Virus record (IMG/VR): IMGVR_UViG_3300044677_000006
Span: 1-32,987 of that record
Strand: one strand, 5' to 3'
Length of the DNA stretch: 32,987 nucleotides
Source: a virus
Lineage: Duplodnaviria; Caudoviricetes
Of this stretch, positions 8,019-17,346 are shown one piece after another. The notes beneath the pieces are model-generated. The model ran no database searches, had not been told where the DNA came from, and saw only the letters and a list, made by a program, of their open reading frames with translations. Positions within the stretch are counted from its first letter, which is position 1. Every line of letters begins with the position of its first letter. Made by a program: the position numbers and the translations under genes.

Positions 8019-10401
8019 TTCTCTCTCCACTCACTTTTTCAGATGTCTTCGGCTTTTCTGTTGGAGCTTGTCCAGTTTTAACAGAAGTAGAAGGTTCATC
8101 TGAAGTTTTCTGTCCAGGTTTACCACTAGCTAATGCTATTTGATCATCATGTAATTGTTGTGCCTGCATCTGCTGTGTAACAATAGCTAAATGAGCTTTC
8201 ATATGTAATAAAACATTCTTATATCCGTTAGGGTTTTCTTTCTTAGCTAGCCGTCCGGCAGATGAAATTAACCAACTCTTACAAATAGAAGCTTCAATCT
8301 GATGATTATCTACATCTGGATCAATTTCAACAGATGGTTGTTCTTGCGGCTGTTGCGGCGGCGGAGTATTATGATTAGGATTTTGTTGCTGAGCTTGAAC
8401 AGCTTGCTGATACATTTGTATAGATTCAGGATTAGGAGGAATAGGAGTTGAATTAATTAATTCATCGATCTCTTCATACTGCTTCTCTCTATCCTCTTCA
8501 CCAGGTAAATGAAATTCGGGAATCTTAACAACCTTAGAGATGAATGGAAGATTCTCAGGGTCCATCAGTGCGGCTGAGATTTCAGCATTATTTAATTGGA
8601 ATAGCTGCATAATAATGTCAGCTTGCTGCTCATCACTTACAGGAAGCTTTTCATCTGGTTCAAGTTCGATAGAACCAATTTTACCATCCATTTCAGCTTT
8701 TCTAATGAATACATTTATGAATTTACCAGCATCATTCTTCTCAACAACTCTCTCATCCTCAACCATATTCTTCATATACATTGGGATAACTTTACCAAAT
8801 ATAGTTTTCCACCATATAGTCATCATTCTCCAAGGAGTTTGAAGCCTCTGTAATGCCATTCCTTTAGACATAGCATATTCAGATGCCGTTCTAGAGGAAC
8901 CAGCTCCTGCATTACCACCAAAGATTGATGGCAAAGCTCCAGAAACAAACTGTCCTAATTCCTGAATGATTTTATAGAAATTAAAAACTTCAGGAGATAA
9001 AGAAGCTGATTTACTAGTATAGAAAGCTTCACCTACATTGCGGCTTCCAGAAACAGGTTTAGTAGGTGTAATAGTTCCAGGCATTGCTTCTATCTGACGT
9101 TGTGCATTAAAGTTGACAACGGCAGGATCAGCCCATGTCTGAGAAATTCCATGTTCAATAGTCTGCAATGTCAAAGAGATAAGATCATTAACTATATCTT
9201 GAACATTTGTTAATAACTCTCCGAGAGGATCATGATTTAAGAAATCAGACATCGGATTTTCGGTTAATGTCCAATGATCATCAAGATTCTCATCTTCATA
9301 ATCAACAGGAACATCATTAACCATTACAAATTTAGCACCATTAGGAAAGTGTTTCTTTAATTTCTTATAGCTTTCTTCTGGTAACACATTAAAAGCCGCA
9401 CAACGGAGCCAACAATTTTTAACGGTCACATTCTCTTCTGGAAATTCACCTCTATATTGCGTGTTCAATCTTCCATATTGTTCATAAGGATCATTAACTC
9501 CTATGCTACTCCATCCTCCATGTGGAATTTTATCTCTGAGTTTAGGATAACATTCTAAAGCATTGGCATAATGAGTCTCATAAGAGAATATGAGATATGG
9601 AGTATCAACTTGTTTCTTAGCATAATTAGCAATCTTAACATATAATCCACCATAAACTTCTAAACAAATACGAGTTTTTGGTTCTTTTGTCGTTCCAACA
9701 AGACGAGGAATCTTAAGCTTAGTCTTTTGTAAGTCTGATTTGATTGGTGATCCACATTCGATACAAGTATTTTGAGAATCTTTATCATTCTCATCTGAGT
9801 GAGGATCATACTCATCAGACTCTTCAGATTCCATCATTTCATCAGGAATCCTAGCTCCACATTGAGAACACACATATGAATCTACTTCTTCATCTTTAAA
9901 TTTAGGTTTATCATATGTTCCATATTCTTTATCTGCTTTAGGATAGCTATAACAAGCTATTAGACCTTCTGTGCAATAAATATAAAGAGCATGAAGCCAC
10001 AAAAACATTACATCATTATGTTTGTAAACTAATTCAGAAATCTTATCACCAGCCTTAGCCGTTGAGATATCTAACGGATTCTCAGCATCATCTGGGACGC
10101 AGCTAACGGCTGGAATTTGAATGCTGAGTGCGGCGATAATAGTTTCTAGAAAAGCTTTAAAGACATTAATAGGCTTATCATAATAATCTTGATCTGTATC
10201 TTGAGAATTACTATCTCTATTATATACTCTATAGTCTTGAGCAACCTCACTCCAATACACTTGAGAAAAGTTATTCCAGTAAAGCTTTAAACGGCGCCAA
10301 TGTCTTATCTGACGTTCACGCGTAGCTCTATCTTCCTTATCAAAATGCTCCGCTACTGTTTTTAGTAGGGAGCAGATTTCATCATCTAAAGTTTTAGACA
10401 T
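7996..10401 (-). CDS. Portal protein (P22-like size) with zinc-ribbon insertion
   Basis: 801 aa between terminase and scaffold; SRTASE motif, Gln/Pro-rich C-terminal region, DNH..E....W...H..AH tail; CSQC...CIEC insertion. Confidence 0.8.
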   Translation of the reverse strand: MSKTLDDEICSLLKTVAEHFDKEDRATRERQIRHWRRLKLYWNNFSQVYWSEVAQDYRVYNRDSNSQDTDQDYYDKPINVFKAFLETIIAALSIQIPAVSCVPDDAENPLDISTAKAGDKISELVYKHNDVMFLWLHALYIYCTEGLIACYSYPKADKEYGTYDKPKFKDEEVDSYVCSQCGARIPDEMMESEESDEYDPHSDENDKDSQNTCIECGSPIKSDLQKTKLKIPRLVGTTKEPKTRICLEVYGGLYVKIANYAKKQVDTPYLIFSYETHYANALECYPKLRDKIPHGGWSSIGVNDPYEQYGRLNTQYRGEFPEENVTVKNCWLRCAAFNVLPEESYKKLKKHFPNGAKFVMVNDVPVDYEDENLDDHWTLTENPMSDFLNHDPLGELLTNVQDIVNDLISLTLQTIEHGISQTWADPAVVNFNAQRQIEAMPGTITPTKPVSGSRNVGEAFYTSKSASLSPEVFNFYKIIQELGQFVSGALPSIFGGNAGAGSSRTASEYAMSKGMALQRLQTPWRMMTIWWKTIFGKVIPMYMKNMVEDERVVEKNDAGKFINVFIRKAEMDGKIGSIELEPDEKLPVSDEQQADIIMQLFQLNNAEISAALMDPENLPFISKVVKIPEFHLPGEEDREKQYEEIDELINSTPIPPNPESIQMYQQAVQAQQQNPNHNTPPPQQPQEQPSVEIDPDVDNHQIEASICKSWLISSAGRLAKKENPNGYKNVLLHMKAHLAIVTQQMQAQQLHDDQIALASGKPGQKTSDEPSTSVKTGQAPTEKPKTSEKVSGERNAKAPVQ

Positions 10402-10413
10402 TTTTTCTGTTTA

Positions 10414-10758
10414 TTATCCGAAACTCTTTCTTGAGAACAGAGTCTTCTTAGATCCTTTAGATCCCTTTCCAACAACATTACTCATCATCTTATCAAATTC
10501 TTCTACGCTTGGTGAAATACCAGATGATTTTATATTACCAGCCATCTTAGCACTAAATCCTTTAGTATGTCCTACTCCCTTACCAATCTTCTTAAACTTC
10601 TTACCAATTTGAATACCTTTACGTTTAGAACCAAACATTTTCTGTTCTACAATATGTTGCTTAGATATTCTAGTAGATAAATTCTTTAATAGACCATGAC
10701 CGTTCCTCATATTATTATGGTCACTAAAAGCTAGAGATGAGCTATTCCAAGCAGCCAT
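10414..10758 (-). CDS. Small basic Lys/Gly-rich protein
   Basis: 114 aa, strongly basic, possibly nucleic-acid binding (inference). Confidence 0.55.
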   Translation of the reverse strand: MAAWNSSSLAFSDHNNMRNGHGLLKNLSTRISKQHIVEQKMFGSKRKGIQIGKKFKKIGKGVGHTKGFSAKMAGNIKSSGISPSVEEFDKMMSNVVGKGSKGSKKTLFSRKSFG

Positions 10759-10771
10759 GATTTTATTCTTT

Positions 10772-11008
10772 CTAACTCATCACAACAGCATGTTGACCAT
10801 TAGGATTAGCAGTAATAGTGTATGTGAGAGTTGTAATAGTTTTAAGCGTAAAATAAAAAGATCCTGTAATATCTATGATATTAACTGTACCATCACTATA
10901 ATCAAAATTCATCCCAATAACATTATTAAATTGTTTAGCTACTGAATTATTATTGATATCTTTAACAGTAATCTTAACGGTAGCATTAATTAGTGGAGTA
11001 TTCGCCAT
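10772..11008 (-). CDS. Small beta-rich protein, paralog of 11008..11241
   Basis: 78 aa; TAATG coupling; shared MAN..ATV, F..V, TLT.TI.A pattern. Confidence 0.65.
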   Translation of the reverse strand: MANTPLINATVKITVKDINNNSVAKQFNNVIGMNFDYSDGTVNIIDITGSFYFTLKTITTLTYTITANPNGQHAVVMS

Positions 11009-11241
11009 TACGTTGAAGCTACGATAGTAGTAACACCAGCAGAAATAGTCCAGGTAAGAGTAGCTAATGCTGAATAATCATAAGTTTGAGTGCCACCGGC
11101 ACCTTGTCTAACAACCTTAAGTACATTAGCTCCAAAATCAGCTTCAATTTTAGTAACATCAGTAAACTTCTGAGATGCTACTGCCTGTCCAGGTCCAGTT
11201 GTAGATGTGACCGTCACAGTAGCCGGTGCTGAATTAGCCAT
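11008..11241 (-). CDS. Small beta-rich protein, paralog of 10772..11008
   Basis: 77 aa; AGGAG SD; Thr-rich. Confidence 0.65.
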   Translation of the reverse strand: MANSAPATVTVTSTTGPGQAVASQKFTDVTKIEADFGANVLKVVRQGAGGTQTYDYSALATLTWTISAGVTTIVAST

Positions 11242-11605
11242 TAGTCTCCTTTGCTTCTTTCATTTCTTCTATTCCGAGTTCTTGTTCTAGTTTATCTATA
11301 GATTTAATATTTTTAAGATTATCAGGTTTGCCTAAATGTTTAGAATCCTGTAATATTCTAGCTTGTAGTCTGTCTCTTTCCTCTAGGGCTGAACGGCGTC
11401 GAGAGAATAATCCAGCCGTTGTTGCTATCGGCTGTAATTCCTGCGGTGGTGCCTCATATGTCTTAGGTTTAATAATAGACAATAGAGTATCTGTAAGCCT
11501 TTGCTTCTCATCCCTCTCATACTCAAGCTGTTGTTTCAAGGTTTCACAAGATTTACAAAGATCAAAGTCTTTAATTCCAAATAATCGAAGAAGGAGTCTA
11601 ATCAA
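11234..11605 (-). CDS. Hypothetical coiled-coil protein
   Basis: 123 aa; CKSC followed by heptad-like segments; overlaps the terminase stop. Confidence 0.6.
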   Translation of the reverse strand: MIRLLLRLFGIKDFDLCKSCETLKQQLEYERDEKQRLTDTLLSIIKPKTYEAPPQELQPIATTAGLFSRRRSALEERDRLQARILQDSKHLGKPDNLKNIKSIDKLEQELGIEEMKEAKETNG

Positions 11606-13296
11606 TGAACTCTCTTAGCAAATCTTGACCTTCGGCTAATAGGAACACAATCACTCATTGTCATTTGATTATCCTTCTCTATCTTCTCCATACGACGATA
11701 AAAAGCTGTTTGATCTCCATTAATCTGTAAATCATTAATAATTTGCTGTTTTTTCTCGGCAAGATTTAATCCACTAATCTCACCGTCAATAAATTTCCTT
11801 GCAGCCTTACAAGCGTATCGAAGATTATCTATTGGATCGTCACCTTCAAATTCAGCAATATCTTCAATTTTCTTTTCATCATAAATGCACATCGGAATAG
11901 TATCAATTAGAACTTTACATTCTTCGAAGATTTGTAATACAGGAAGATTCTCTTCTTCGGGTTCATCATAAAACTGTTTCTTATAATTCTCTAATGCCGC
12001 TGGCCCGTAATTCCTATAAATTTCCTGAGCTACTGACATATCATAAAATTCATTCTTAGATTTTAAACTAGTTTTCTTTTCCCATCTTAAAAAGTCGTGA
12101 ACTAATTGTAGCCCCGCAACTCTCGAACCAGGAGTATTCTCTGATGAACTCGGAACAAGATCACTGTATTTTTGGAACTCATCTGCAATAAGCTCTCCAC
12201 CTCTCGCCTGCCAAGCAGATCCACATAATGTTGTATACACTGGGGATTCATGATGTTCATTATTTATTTCTCTTATCTCACTTGCCCAATATGGAATATC
12301 TCTTCCATACCAAGACCGCTCTCTGTAAATATAAACTTTACGGTTTGGGGAAATTGCAAGCCACATTGCATGACACATGGCACGTTTTCCCCAGTCAATT
12401 GACAATATCCTTGGCCACCATTCGGGAATTTGGAATCGTTTAATAACATGCAGTGCGTTATCCGGTTCACCAGAGAATTTAATCGGTCTGAAAGTGGTAA
12501 AGACTGATCCCTTATAGGCGTGCCAGTCTCCATATCTTTTTGCCTTGTATTCAGCTTCACTTGTAACTTTAAGAATCTCAAGCTTCTTAACATATAGAGG
12601 GTCATACTCCATTCCATATGGATTATCTTCAGCCTTAGCTGGAATGAATATTCTAAGAAGCCCTGTAGACTTATCTCTTATAACACGAAGACCATCTTCA
12701 TATGGTTTAACAAATCTATTATAAACAAATGTCTGACCTATACCACCAGGATTACTACCATTTCTTACTATTGCAATATTAAATGACGACGAAGGTCTTA
12801 CACGACTGCCTACCATATAATGATATGGGTGAGCAGAAAAATGTGTTAACTCATCAAATGCACAGTAATTATACTGAGCCGAATCATACATCTTTACGTC
12901 TGAATCGTGTTGTATGTGACCGAAGTCTTGATAAGAATTAAACTCTGGCCATTCCCATGAATGTTTCTGATCATTATATTTTGCTCCTGTTTTAGGATAA
13001 TATTCTTTTGATAATCGAATAATTTCTCTCTCAAGATCTGGGAACTTTCTACGAAAGATAATTCCCTTATATCCTCTAAATTTATAGAATCCACGGAATA
13101 ATGGTAATAGGGTAAGAATCCAACTCTTTCCGCCGTATGCTGCTCCTCCATAAAGAGCCTCAAAGATTTCATCAGGAAGTGTTAAAAGCTGTTCCTGAAC
13201 AGGATGTGGTTTAATATTTTTATCTCTAAGATAATCTTCATACATTCCATTGCCAGGATCTTCTGAAATAATATTATTAGATAACGAAATAGGCAT
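11602..13296 (-). CDS. terL: Terminase large subunit
   Basis: Walker A YGGAAYGGKS, Walker B CAFDELT, coupling motif GSNPGG, nuclease SIDWG and DDPIDNLRY. Confidence 0.95.
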   Translation of the reverse strand: MPISLSNNIISEDPGNGMYEDYLRDKNIKPHPVQEQLLTLPDEIFEALYGGAAYGGKSWILTLLPLFRGFYKFRGYKGIIFRRKFPDLEREIIRLSKEYYPKTGAKYNDQKHSWEWPEFNSYQDFGHIQHDSDVKMYDSAQYNYCAFDELTHFSAHPYHYMVGSRVRPSSSFNIAIVRNGSNPGGIGQTFVYNRFVKPYEDGLRVIRDKSTGLLRIFIPAKAEDNPYGMEYDPLYVKKLEILKVTSEAEYKAKRYGDWHAYKGSVFTTFRPIKFSGEPDNALHVIKRFQIPEWWPRILSIDWGKRAMCHAMWLAISPNRKVYIYRERSWYGRDIPYWASEIREINNEHHESPVYTTLCGSAWQARGGELIADEFQKYSDLVPSSSENTPGSRVAGLQLVHDFLRWEKKTSLKSKNEFYDMSVAQEIYRNYGPAALENYKKQFYDEPEEENLPVLQIFEECKVLIDTIPMCIYDEKKIEDIAEFEGDDPIDNLRYACKAARKFIDGEISGLNLAEKKQQIINDLQINGDQTAFYRRMEKIEKDNQMTMSDCVPISRRSRFAKRVH

Positions 13297-13703
13297 TATA
13301 ACTTTGGAGGATTGCTATCAGCTTCTCTAGACTTCTTTACTCTAACTTCTTGAGCATTAGCATTATCTTGAGCACTATCAGCTTTTATTCTATCTATAAT
13401 CTCACCTGATCTATCTGCTAATAATTTCTTTACATCAGCTAATTCTTGAAGAACTGCACTATAACGACCATCTACTAGTATTTCAATCCTATCTAACTTA
13501 TTACTATTTTCTACTCCCTTGTTTGCGGCAAGTGTAGACTTATTCGCAGCTTCACCAGCTTTAGCTGATGCCTCACTAGCTTTGTCAACGGCGTCGCTAG
13601 TTATTCTACTATTATCTCCAATGGCTTTAATAATTAAAACTACACCAGCCGCTAACGACCCGATAACAGCAATTACACTAGCTACTCCAGGAGTAGGAAA
13701 CAT
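13296..13703 (-). CDS. Membrane-anchored coiled-coil protein (holin/spanin-like candidate)
   Basis: N-terminal hydrophobic helix VASVIAVIGSLAAGVVLII followed by a helical region. Confidence 0.5.
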   Translation of the reverse strand: MFPTPGVASVIAVIGSLAAGVVLIIKAIGDNSRITSDAVDKASEASAKAGEAANKSTLAANKGVENSNKLDRIEILVDGRYSAVLQELADVKKLLADRSGEIIDRIKADSAQDNANAQEVRVKKSREADSNPPKL

Positions 13704-13750
13704 TTAATAACTCTTTGCTCCCTCAGTATTAATAGTCATTATTTATTGTA

Positions 13751-14014
13751 TCAAGTTGTAATTAAAATTTGAACGGATCCAGTGCTTGCTGCGCTTAATC
13801 CATATAGAGAATCACCATCAGATAGCTCAAATTCATAATTTAAACTTGAATTATTAGAACTTCCAATATTATATCCATCACTAGTTGATAGGCCAGTAGG
13901 ACCAATATAAATATCTACAGATGATATGGATTTAATAGTTAATTTTGATTTACCAATAGCAGTATGTAATAGAGTTTCTGTAATAGGAATGCTAACTTGT
14001 TTTGATGTGATCAT
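13751..14014 (-). CDS. Small beta-rich putative virion protein
   Basis: 87 aa; DIYIG...ST.DGY...LYG pattern; coupled to the upstream stop. Confidence 0.55.
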   Translation of the reverse strand: MITSKQVSIPITETLLHTAIGKSKLTIKSISSVDIYIGPTGLSTSDGYNIGSSNNSSLNYEFELSDGDSLYGLSAASTGSVQILITT

Positions 14015-14385
14015 TAGTAACTTTTTGCTCCTAGATATGTCACTGTGACACTTGGTTGAGTTCCACCTGAAATAACTGTATTAATTCTAGCTCTAACAAA
14101 ATCTAATCTCCCAGAATAAGGAATTATTAAATCAGCTCCGGCTACTACTGTTAATGGATTAGCTACGCTTTTGTCTGGAACAATTACTGCCCATGTAGCA
14201 CTATCAGCAGGATCATAAGATGCTTCAATAGTTACAGCTCCAGCCGTAACTCCGGTAGGAGTTTTAACTAAAAATGTGTGATTCTGAAAACTAGAGGGAA
14301 TAGCTAATGCCGCTCCAGTACCTGTGGTTACAGCAGTTAAAAGATCAACTGGAACACCACTCATTGCGGCTTGTATTGTTGCCAT
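14014..14385 (-). CDS. Small beta-sandwich putative virion protein
   Basis: 123 aa; VTIEAS.D...TW...FVRAR pattern. Confidence 0.55.
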   Translation of the reverse strand: MATIQAAMSGVPVDLLTAVTTGTGAALAIPSSFQNHTFLVKTPTGVTAGAVTIEASYDPADSATWAVIVPDKSVANPLTVVAGADLIIPYSGRLDFVRARINTVISGGTQPSVTVTYLGAKSY

Positions 14386-14386
14386 A

Positions 14387-14578
14387 TTAAACCTTTGGAT
14401 TAGCAGCTAACCAAGCATTACCTTGAGCCGTCCATTTAGCAATATCATCAATGAAAGTTTGTGCAACTTGTTCAGGAGTAGGCCAAGTATTATTATGTGC
14501 AGTTTGCCACTCTTTAATAATCATACCAATTACCGGAACACCAATCTGCTGTAAAAGAAAAGAAACTAATGGATTCAT
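14387..14578 (-). CDS. Small hypothetical protein with hydrophobic N-terminus
   Basis: 63 aa; TAATG coupling. Confidence 0.6.
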   Translation of the reverse strand: MNPLVSFLLQQIGVPVIGMIIKEWQTAHNNTWPTPEQVAQTFIDDIAKWTAQGNAWLAANPKV

Positions 14579-14802
14579 TATTCAATCCTCGGAGGCCAAC
14601 GCCAAGCATTTTGATTTTTACTTAAGTTTGTATCTTCATCTTGAATTACTGAAGTTTTATTAGTAGCAACTCCACAATCAGGAAATACTGTTAAGTTGAC
14701 ACAAACATCTGACCAGACTCTATTAATAATAGCTGGATGCTCAATAGTTCCATTAGAAGATAGCTGGCGATATAAAACAATTCTTCCAGGTGATGGTTTC
14801 AT
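14578..14802 (-). CDS. Small conserved phage protein
   Basis: MKPSPGRIV.Y...PAII..V...VNLTVF...W.WPPR, a pattern recognised from other phage hypotheticals; function unknown. Confidence 0.65.
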   Translation of the reverse strand: MKPSPGRIVLYRQLSSNGTIEHPAIINRVWSDVCVNLTVFPDCGVATNKTSVIQDEDTNLSKNQNAWRWPPRIE

Positions 14803-15188
14803 TGCTGCTGACCTAAGAACGAGTTGAGAATAATCTCAAATGCTATTAGATAGCCACTAAATTTCGTCTGTTCATCTACTGTTAATTGTTTCTTTGCTTG
14901 TAAATAAGCAGTGTTAACAACTGTATACCAACCGTTAGGAGTCTGTCCAATAGTTGTATTTGCACTCACACAAAATTGAACAATAACTCTAGCAGAATTA
15001 ACAGATAAAATCTTAGCCGGAACCGCATTCTCAGCGGCAACCTGAAGTGTTCCTATTCCATTAACTACGTCAGTAAGAATGTAAAGCTGCTTAGTTTGAG
15101 GTGTATAAGATGGTGGCATCTTAGATGCACAAGTAGCTCCGCCAAGAATAGATAAACAAATTACTGGGATTAGAATGAACTTCTTCAT
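14799..15188 (-). CDS. Putative lipoprotein/exported protein
   Basis: MKK plus hydrophobic stretch plus GATC (Cys20), a signal peptide II-like start. Confidence 0.55.
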   Translation of the reverse strand: MKKFILIPVICLSILGGATCASKMPPSYTPQTKQLYILTDVVNGIGTLQVAAENAVPAKILSVNSARVIVQFCVSANTTIGQTPNGWYTVVNTAYLQAKKQLTVDEQTKFSGYLIAFEIILNSFLGQQQ

Positions 15189-15343
15189 TTAACGAAGTAC
15201 TTAATTCCCTGACCAAATATACTCGCTGCTACCCAGCAGGCTAATCCGGCAGCTAAGATTCTAGTTTTAGTAGGTTCGGGAATGAAGTTGCTAGCGGCTA
15301 ATACGAATAAAACAAATGCGAAGACTAGAAGAACTAAATCCAT
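15185..15343 (-). CDS. Small two-helix membrane protein (52 aa)
   Basis: Start re-called at MDLVLL with GAGGAG SD; two hydrophobic segments. Confidence 0.65.
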   Translation of the reverse strand: MDLVLLVFAFVLFVLAASNFIPEPTKTRILAAGLACWVAASIFGQGIKYFVK

Positions 15344-15438
15344 TCTTGCTCCTCTTTTTGCCCAAATGATATTTCTTGTTATTCTCCGGCTAACTTTATA
15401 AGCTATAGAAAGTTTCTCCTTCATTTATTAAATTCAGA

Positions 15439-15975
15439 TCAAGTCACATCTATTACTTCATATGAATCTAACTTCTTTTGTTCTGGAGTGTAGAAATGAT
15501 AATGAACTTCTCTATCTTTATTATTCTTAGCTGATTCATTACGTTCACGTCTAATACCTTCTACAGTCTTAGACGCCGCACTGATAACAGCAGGTAACTT
15601 CGATGCAGAAACATCGTCCAACTTAGTTAATAACATTTCAGTTGAACGATTAAGAAGATCAAGAGCACGATCATGAGCAAGACCAAGTTTAATCTGTGAC
15701 TCGTGATTTTCTAAAATGTCAGCTAAAGCTGGTTGTTCTACAATTTGTGTAGGAGCAATTGATGGAATATCTGCGAGCGGCTGAGGAAATTCACTTTTAA
15801 AAGGATTAAATGCTATCTTTACTTCATCAATAATTTTCTCAGATGTAGTTTGTCTTCCTATTCCGAATAGACTCATTGCACTATTTTTGCTTGAACCTTT
15901 AGTCGCCGCAAGGCGGTTAATAAGATTCATAGGACTGCTTAATCGTGCAGCGGCATCTTTATCTTTGATAATCAT
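15439..15975 (-). CDS. Putative terminase small subunit
   Basis: First gene of the left operon; helical core and beta-like C-terminal tail; the functional call rests on position only. Confidence 0.4.
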   Translation of the reverse strand: MIIKDKDAAARLSSPMNLINRLAATKGSSKNSAMSLFGIGRQTTSEKIIDEVKIAFNPFKSEFPQPLADIPSIAPTQIVEQPALADILENHESQIKLGLAHDRALDLLNRSTEMLLTKLDDVSASKLPAVISAASKTVEGIRRERNESAKNNKDREVHYHFYTPEQKKLDSYEVIDVT

Positions 15976-16003
15976 CTCTTCTTACACCTCGCCCTGTGGT
16001 GAC

Positions 16004-16032
16004 AGCTTATCACGCCTCGCGTAGCGAGTCAA
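16004..16032 (-). promoter_or_regulatory. Sigma70-type promoter for the morphogenesis arm
   Basis: TTGACT-17 nt-TAAGCT with extended TG; GAGG SD downstream. Confidence 0.7.
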
Positions 16033-16269
16033 GTCTTTTTCCTTAATGTTTTTAGGGGTTCTGAAATATTCACCTGAAAGTTTCAGACACTTTATTATTT
16101 GATTTTTTTATTTTTTTCAGCCCACTTTGCTCGCTGAATAGAATAGAATTATTTTTAAAATAATATTTTAGAAAGAAAAAAGAGATAGACGAATAGTCCG
16201 GACTGTAACGCCTTCTCGGAGTCACAACCTATTGTGGGGCATACCCGTATGGTCACTATATATAGGGGA

Positions 16270-16298
16270 TTGACTTGCTACGCAGAAGATGCAATACT
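16270..16298 (+). promoter_or_regulatory. Sigma70-type promoter
   Basis: TTGACT-17 nt-AATACT with extended TG. Confidence 0.6.
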
Positions 16299-16304
16299 AA
16301 CTCT

Positions 16305-16409
16305 ATGAGATTATTCATTGACCTAATAATCTTGTCACCATTTATTATCACAATAGCGGCTATCATCCATGTAATGAACACAGAAGCTAAAGAGAATAAC
16401 GATGTATGA
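16305..16409 (+). CDS. Probable leaderless 34-aa membrane peptide
   Basis: MRLFIDLIILSPFIITIAAIIHVMNTEAKENNDV*; ATG lies 7 nt after the -10 box; overlaps the start at 16402. Confidence 0.5.
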   Translation: MRLFIDLIILSPFIITIAAIIHVMNTEAKENNDV

Positions 16410-16653
16410 ATGTCCTATCTGTCTCTCACTCAATCACGCTAGCCGGCTGCACTGCTCTATTTGTGGGACGATTCCGGCTATGTACTCAATGATTGGAGTT
16501 GCAAGTAGTCAAGTTCATAGAAGCGGAGAATATGAGACTGGAGACTATCAAATTCCTATTGTGGTCGCTATTGGCAGTTCAAGGTCGTGTCAACATAGAG
16601 CACAGCGTGTTAACTTGAGAACAGTAACAGCCGACTATTACGCAAGTGAATAG
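16402..16653 (+). CDS. Small zinc-ribbon protein
   Basis: CPIC...N....CSIC at the N-terminus. Confidence 0.6.
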   Translation: MYECPICLSLNHASRLHCSICGTIPAMYSMIGVASSQVHRSGEYETGDYQIPIVVAIGSSRSCQHRAQRVNLRTVTADYYASE

Positions 16654-16655
16654 AC

Positions 16656-16702
16656 AAAAAAATAGCCTAGCTGAGAAATACTCTCACGCTAGGCTATTCC
16701 TT
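16656..16702. terminator. Terminator between convergent units (U-tail on the minus strand, possibly bidirectional)
   Basis: aatagcctagctgaga-aatac-tctca(c)gctaggctatt stem preceded by A7. Confidence 0.75.
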
Positions 16703-16828
16703 CTATTGAGCGTTACGTTTGAATTCTGCAATAGCCTTACAGAATAACTTAAACTCTGCTTGCCATTGGTCTTCAGACATCGTGCCGGTGTTCAGCGTGT
16801 AAGAAATAACAAAGTCTCGTAATGTCAT
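16703..16828 (-). CDS. Small hypothetical protein (41 aa), absent from the ORF track
   Basis: MTLRDFVISYTLNTGTMSEDQWQAEFKLFCKAIAEFKRNAQ*; starts 2 nt after the upstream stop and ends at the terminator. Confidence 0.55.
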   Translation of the reverse strand: MTLRDFVISYTLNTGTMSEDQWQAEFKLFCKAIAEFKRNAQ

Positions 16829-16830
16829 TC

Positions 16831-17298
16831 TTACTTCGCCTTCTGACTCGCAACGATTCCCGGCTTGATGAGCGCAACGGCATCTTCAATTGAAACACCA
16901 GTCGCGTTTGAGTAGTTGCGAACAACGAGACGAAATTGCTTCTGAACGTCTTCCGGCCAGCTCGAATCAACAAACTCCGCCACAGGGTCAGAAGCTTCCT
17001 TGTAAAGAATATCATTGTCACCCATCACAAGGCGCTTGACAATATCCTTTTCGTCAGTCAGCTTTCGCAGGTCCATGAACTCTGACAACGTAGTAGGAAG
17101 CGTATCCGGCAAAGTTTCATCCCAGTTCTCGTACTGGATTTCCTGTGGATTGCGGCCACGAGTCATTCCCAGAAAAGAACGTAAACCTTTTCCAGTCTTG
17201 GAAGCGTTCAATTCCTTTTCTCGCTTGTCCATGTCCGCATTGCGCGCCTTGATTGCGGCTTCCTTCTCCGATTCGGTCTGTTCAGCGGCGGTTGTCAT
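16831..17298 (-). CDS. Hypothetical early protein in a GC-richer island
   Basis: 155 aa with its own promoter and GGAAGG SD; GC-richer codon usage. Confidence 0.75.
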   Translation of the reverse strand: MTTAAEQTESEKEAAIKARNADMDKREKELNASKTGKGLRSFLGMTRGRNPQEIQYENWDETLPDTLPTTLSEFMDLRKLTDEKDIVKRLVMGDNDILYKEASDPVAEFVDSSWPEDVQKQFRLVVRNYSNATGVSIEDAVALIKPGIVASQKAK

Positions 17299-17346
17299 GT
17301 GTTCTGCCTTCCAATTATCATCGGGTTAATCCCGACTGACAAGAGA

